The notes under the pieces are model-generated. The model was not told the DNA's origin. It saw only the letters and a program-made list of their open reading frames with translations, and searched no databases. This document shows, piece after piece, positions 61,838 through 64,000 of a DNA stretch of 64,000 nucleotides. The position numbers were made by a program, and so were the translations under genes. The stretch lies in the NCBI GenBank assembly GCA_963722255.1, contig CAVRJO010000002.1:96001-160000 (forward strand). The letters are read 5' to 3'. This DNA is from Candidatus Babeliales bacterium (GTDB taxonomy: Bacteria > Babelota > Babeliae > Babelales > JANWKD01). How positions within the stretch are numbered: the stretch's first letter is position 1; each line of letters starts with the position of its first letter.

Positions 61838-62965
61838 ATGAAACAAGATTATTATGAAATACTTGGTGTTTCCAAAACGGCAACCCAAGACGAAATCAAA
61901 AGCGCCTATAGAAAATTAGCACTCAAATACCATCCAGATCGAAATCCGGACAATAAAGAAGCTGAAGAAAAGTTCAAAGCTGCAGCAGAAGCATATCAAG
62001 TGCTTTCAGATCCAGAAAAGCGTAAACGCTATGATCAATTTGGTACCGCTGATATGGGAGCAGGCGCAGGTTTTGGTCAAGATATGAATATGGAAGATAT
62101 CTTTGATAATTTTGGTGATATATTTGAAAATCTCTTTGGTGGCGGTGGTCGTAAAAAAGGAGCTAAAAGCGCAGGGCCAACTGCTCGAAAAGGACATGAT
62201 CTTCATAAAGAAATCACCATTAGCCTTAAAGAATCTTATTTAGGAACAAAAAAAGATTTAAGTTACTATCGCTTTGTTTTATGCCAAACCTGTAATGGTA
62301 AAGGTGCGCAACCAGGAACTTCGGTTCAACAATGCACCACCTGCCAAGGAACCGGGCAGCAGTTTTATAGACAAGGATTTTTTAGTTTTAGTCAAACTTG
62401 TAGCACCTGCGGAGGTCAAGGGTTTACTATTCCTAGCCCGTGCACCAACTGTAAAGGTCAAACACGAGTACAATTTCTTGATACTTTCAATGTAACAATT
62501 CCGCAAGGAATTTTTGACGGTGCTGATCTCCGTATCTCTAATAAGGGAGACGCCGGAATTTTTGGTGGACCTGCCGGAGATCTTTTCTTGCGTATTCATG
62601 TCGCAGAAGATAAAAAATTCAAACGAGTTGATGATAATTTAGAATGCACAGTCATGGTCACCTATCCCGAGCTTGTTTTTGGATGCCAAATTGAGATAGA
62701 AAGTATCGATGGGACAAAAGAGACCATAAAGATTCCAAAAGGCAGTCCTGTTAATTATAAGGTAACCTTGCCGGGAAAAGGATTTGCACAAATACGAAGC
62801 AAAGCTCGTGGTAATTTAGTGGTCACAATCCAATGCCATATTCCAACGAAACTTTCTTCTGAGGCAAAAGAAGTTTTAAAAAAATACTCTGAGCTTATTG
62901 GAACTGAAGTGACTGATACTCAGACGGGAACAATAGCAGGATTTTTTAAGAAATTTCTAGGATAA
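61838..62965 (+). CDS. dnaJ: Chaperone DnaJ
   Basis: J-domain HPD, G/F region, four CxxCxGxG-type motifs. Confidence 0.97.
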   Translation: MKQDYYEILGVSKTATQDEIKSAYRKLALKYHPDRNPDNKEAEEKFKAAAEAYQVLSDPEKRKRYDQFGTADMGAGAGFGQDMNMEDIFDNFGDIFENLFGGGGRKKGAKSAGPTARKGHDLHKEITISLKESYLGTKKDLSYYRFVLCQTCNGKGAQPGTSVQQCTTCQGTGQQFYRQGFFSFSQTCSTCGGQGFTIPSPCTNCKGQTRVQFLDTFNVTIPQGIFDGADLRISNKGDAGIFGGPAGDLFLRIHVAEDKKFKRVDDNLECTVMVTYPELVFGCQIEIESIDGTKETIKIPKGSPVNYKVTLPGKGFAQIRSKARGNLVVTIQCHIPTKLSSEAKEVLKKYSELIGTEVTDTQTGTIAGFFKKFLG

Positions 62966-62970
62966 AGAGA

Positions 62971-63006
62971 TAAAAAAAAGGCAGATGTTTAAATATCTGC
63001 CTTTTT
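62971..63006. terminator. Bidirectional intrinsic terminator
   Basis: AAAAAAAAGGCAGAT...ATCTGCCTTTTT. Confidence 0.8.
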
Positions 63007-63012
63007 AAAAAA

Positions 63013-63567
63013 TTATAATGATTTTTCTGAAGGATCATCCGACTCAAATTCTTCATCATTTGAAGGCTGCTGATCAAGAGTTTTCATATAATCTTCAAAT
63101 TCTATTTTTAGTTTATACTCATTTTCTCTCAAGGTTTGCAAAGGAATAATTTCATCTCTGTTATAAGAAGGTTCTTGTTCTCCATCAACTTCTGTAGGAA
63201 ATAGAAGAGTAAACATTCTATTATTTAAACCATTTTCCTTAATTTTTTTTGCTTTTGCATCTCTCATAGCAGCTTGACGTTGTGCTTTGATACTTGGCGG
63301 TGCAACTACGTTATTTGAATTTATTACATCATGTTTTCTTTTTTTTTGAACTTTTCCTACATTAAACAAGTCTCTATATACACCAAAATTACCCACGATA
63401 AGAGGCTTTTGATAAGATAGTCGTCCAAAAACCGCGTCATATTCCTCAAGACCATCGGACTTGCTTTCCATAGAAACATTGTTTTCTTCTTCTGGGGCGC
63501 CCAGCCCCTCCATGCCATAGGCATATGAATTAAGAATAAAAATAGAAATTAGTAATAATTTCTTCAT
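63013..63567 (-). CDS. Exported hypothetical protein
   Basis: Signal peptide ending AYG-MEG; KKRKH basic patch; acidic termini. Confidence 0.7.
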   Translation of the reverse strand: MKKLLLISIFILNSYAYGMEGLGAPEEENNVSMESKSDGLEEYDAVFGRLSYQKPLIVGNFGVYRDLFNVGKVQKKRKHDVINSNNVVAPPSIKAQRQAAMRDAKAKKIKENGLNNRMFTLLFPTEVDGEQEPSYNRDEIIPLQTLRENEYKLKIEFEDYMKTLDQQPSNDEEFESDDPSEKSL

Positions 63568-63802
63568 ATTTTCCCTTTACACACTAAAGTTATAACTATT
63601 TATTATATACTATATTGTAACAAAACAATTACAATATGCAAATTTATATAAAAAACAGTTAATACCCTTAACCACTACAACTATACAAGAATTAGGCTAT
63701 CACAATTGCTTTTTATGCATATTTTTGTATGCTAGGAAATGTAACATTCTTTATAAATTTAAAAAGCGTTCAAATAGCACTAAAACCATAAAGGAATTTA
63801 TA

Positions 63803-64000
63803 ATGATAAAAAAAGCGATTCTTTGCCTAGCTCTTCTTAATTTAGGAATTCAAAATCAACTGCAAGCTTCACAGAGACACAGTAACTCTGCATACTATAA
63901 TCAACAAGATTGTGAGATCATAGAAACAGGAGCGAAGGTTGCACTCGTTTCTATAGTTATTGCATCATGCACCTATGCACTGTATAAAATTGGATCATGG
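63803..64000 (+). CDS. Exported/membrane hypothetical protein (partial)
   Basis: AAGGA RBS; open to the window end: MIKKAILCLALLNLGIQNQLQA-SQR...VALVSIVIASCTYALYKIGSW. Confidence 0.6.
   Translation, partial: MIKKAILCLALLNLGIQNQLQASQRHSNSAYYNQQDCEIIETGAKVALVSIVIASCTYALYKIGSW

Noticed and set aside
61916..61942. TTAGCACTC, a CIRCE half-site near the dnaJ start
   Set aside because: Inside the coding sequence (KLALK) and the GAGTGCTAA half is absent.

Overview
AT-rich bacterial chromosomal window using genetic code 11. It carries mostly housekeeping genes (murF, ftsK, uppP, acpP/fabD/gltX/plsX/rpmF, dprA, gyrA, rpmH-rnpA-yidD, PIN-PhoH, thrS, nth, xerC, mrdA, split PilB/GspE, HU, tRNA-Leu and tRNA-Cys, lepB, BatA-E, plsC, topA, TonB-like, argS, dnaJ), interspersed with many signal-peptide-bearing orphan proteins. 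The gene content suggests a reduced, host-dependent intracellular bacterium, probably Ca. Dependentiae/Babeliota (TM6); this is inference, not a database result. The most unusual region is 4.2-14.5 kb: two paralogous Cys-containing outer-membrane beta-barrel-like genes enclose an opposite-strand cassette of six related, exported alpha-helical proteins and are followed by a small 10-Cys exported protein. Other notable points: a secreted degenerate-Nudix/NADAR pair, an Hc2-like histone, a FabD lacking its catalytic Ser/Arg, an intergenic palindrome that copies an in-frame palindrome of the downstream YhcG nuclease gene, and four frameshifts (two in essential argS) that are most likely sequence errors. 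No CRISPR array, rRNA, transposase or prophage was seen.
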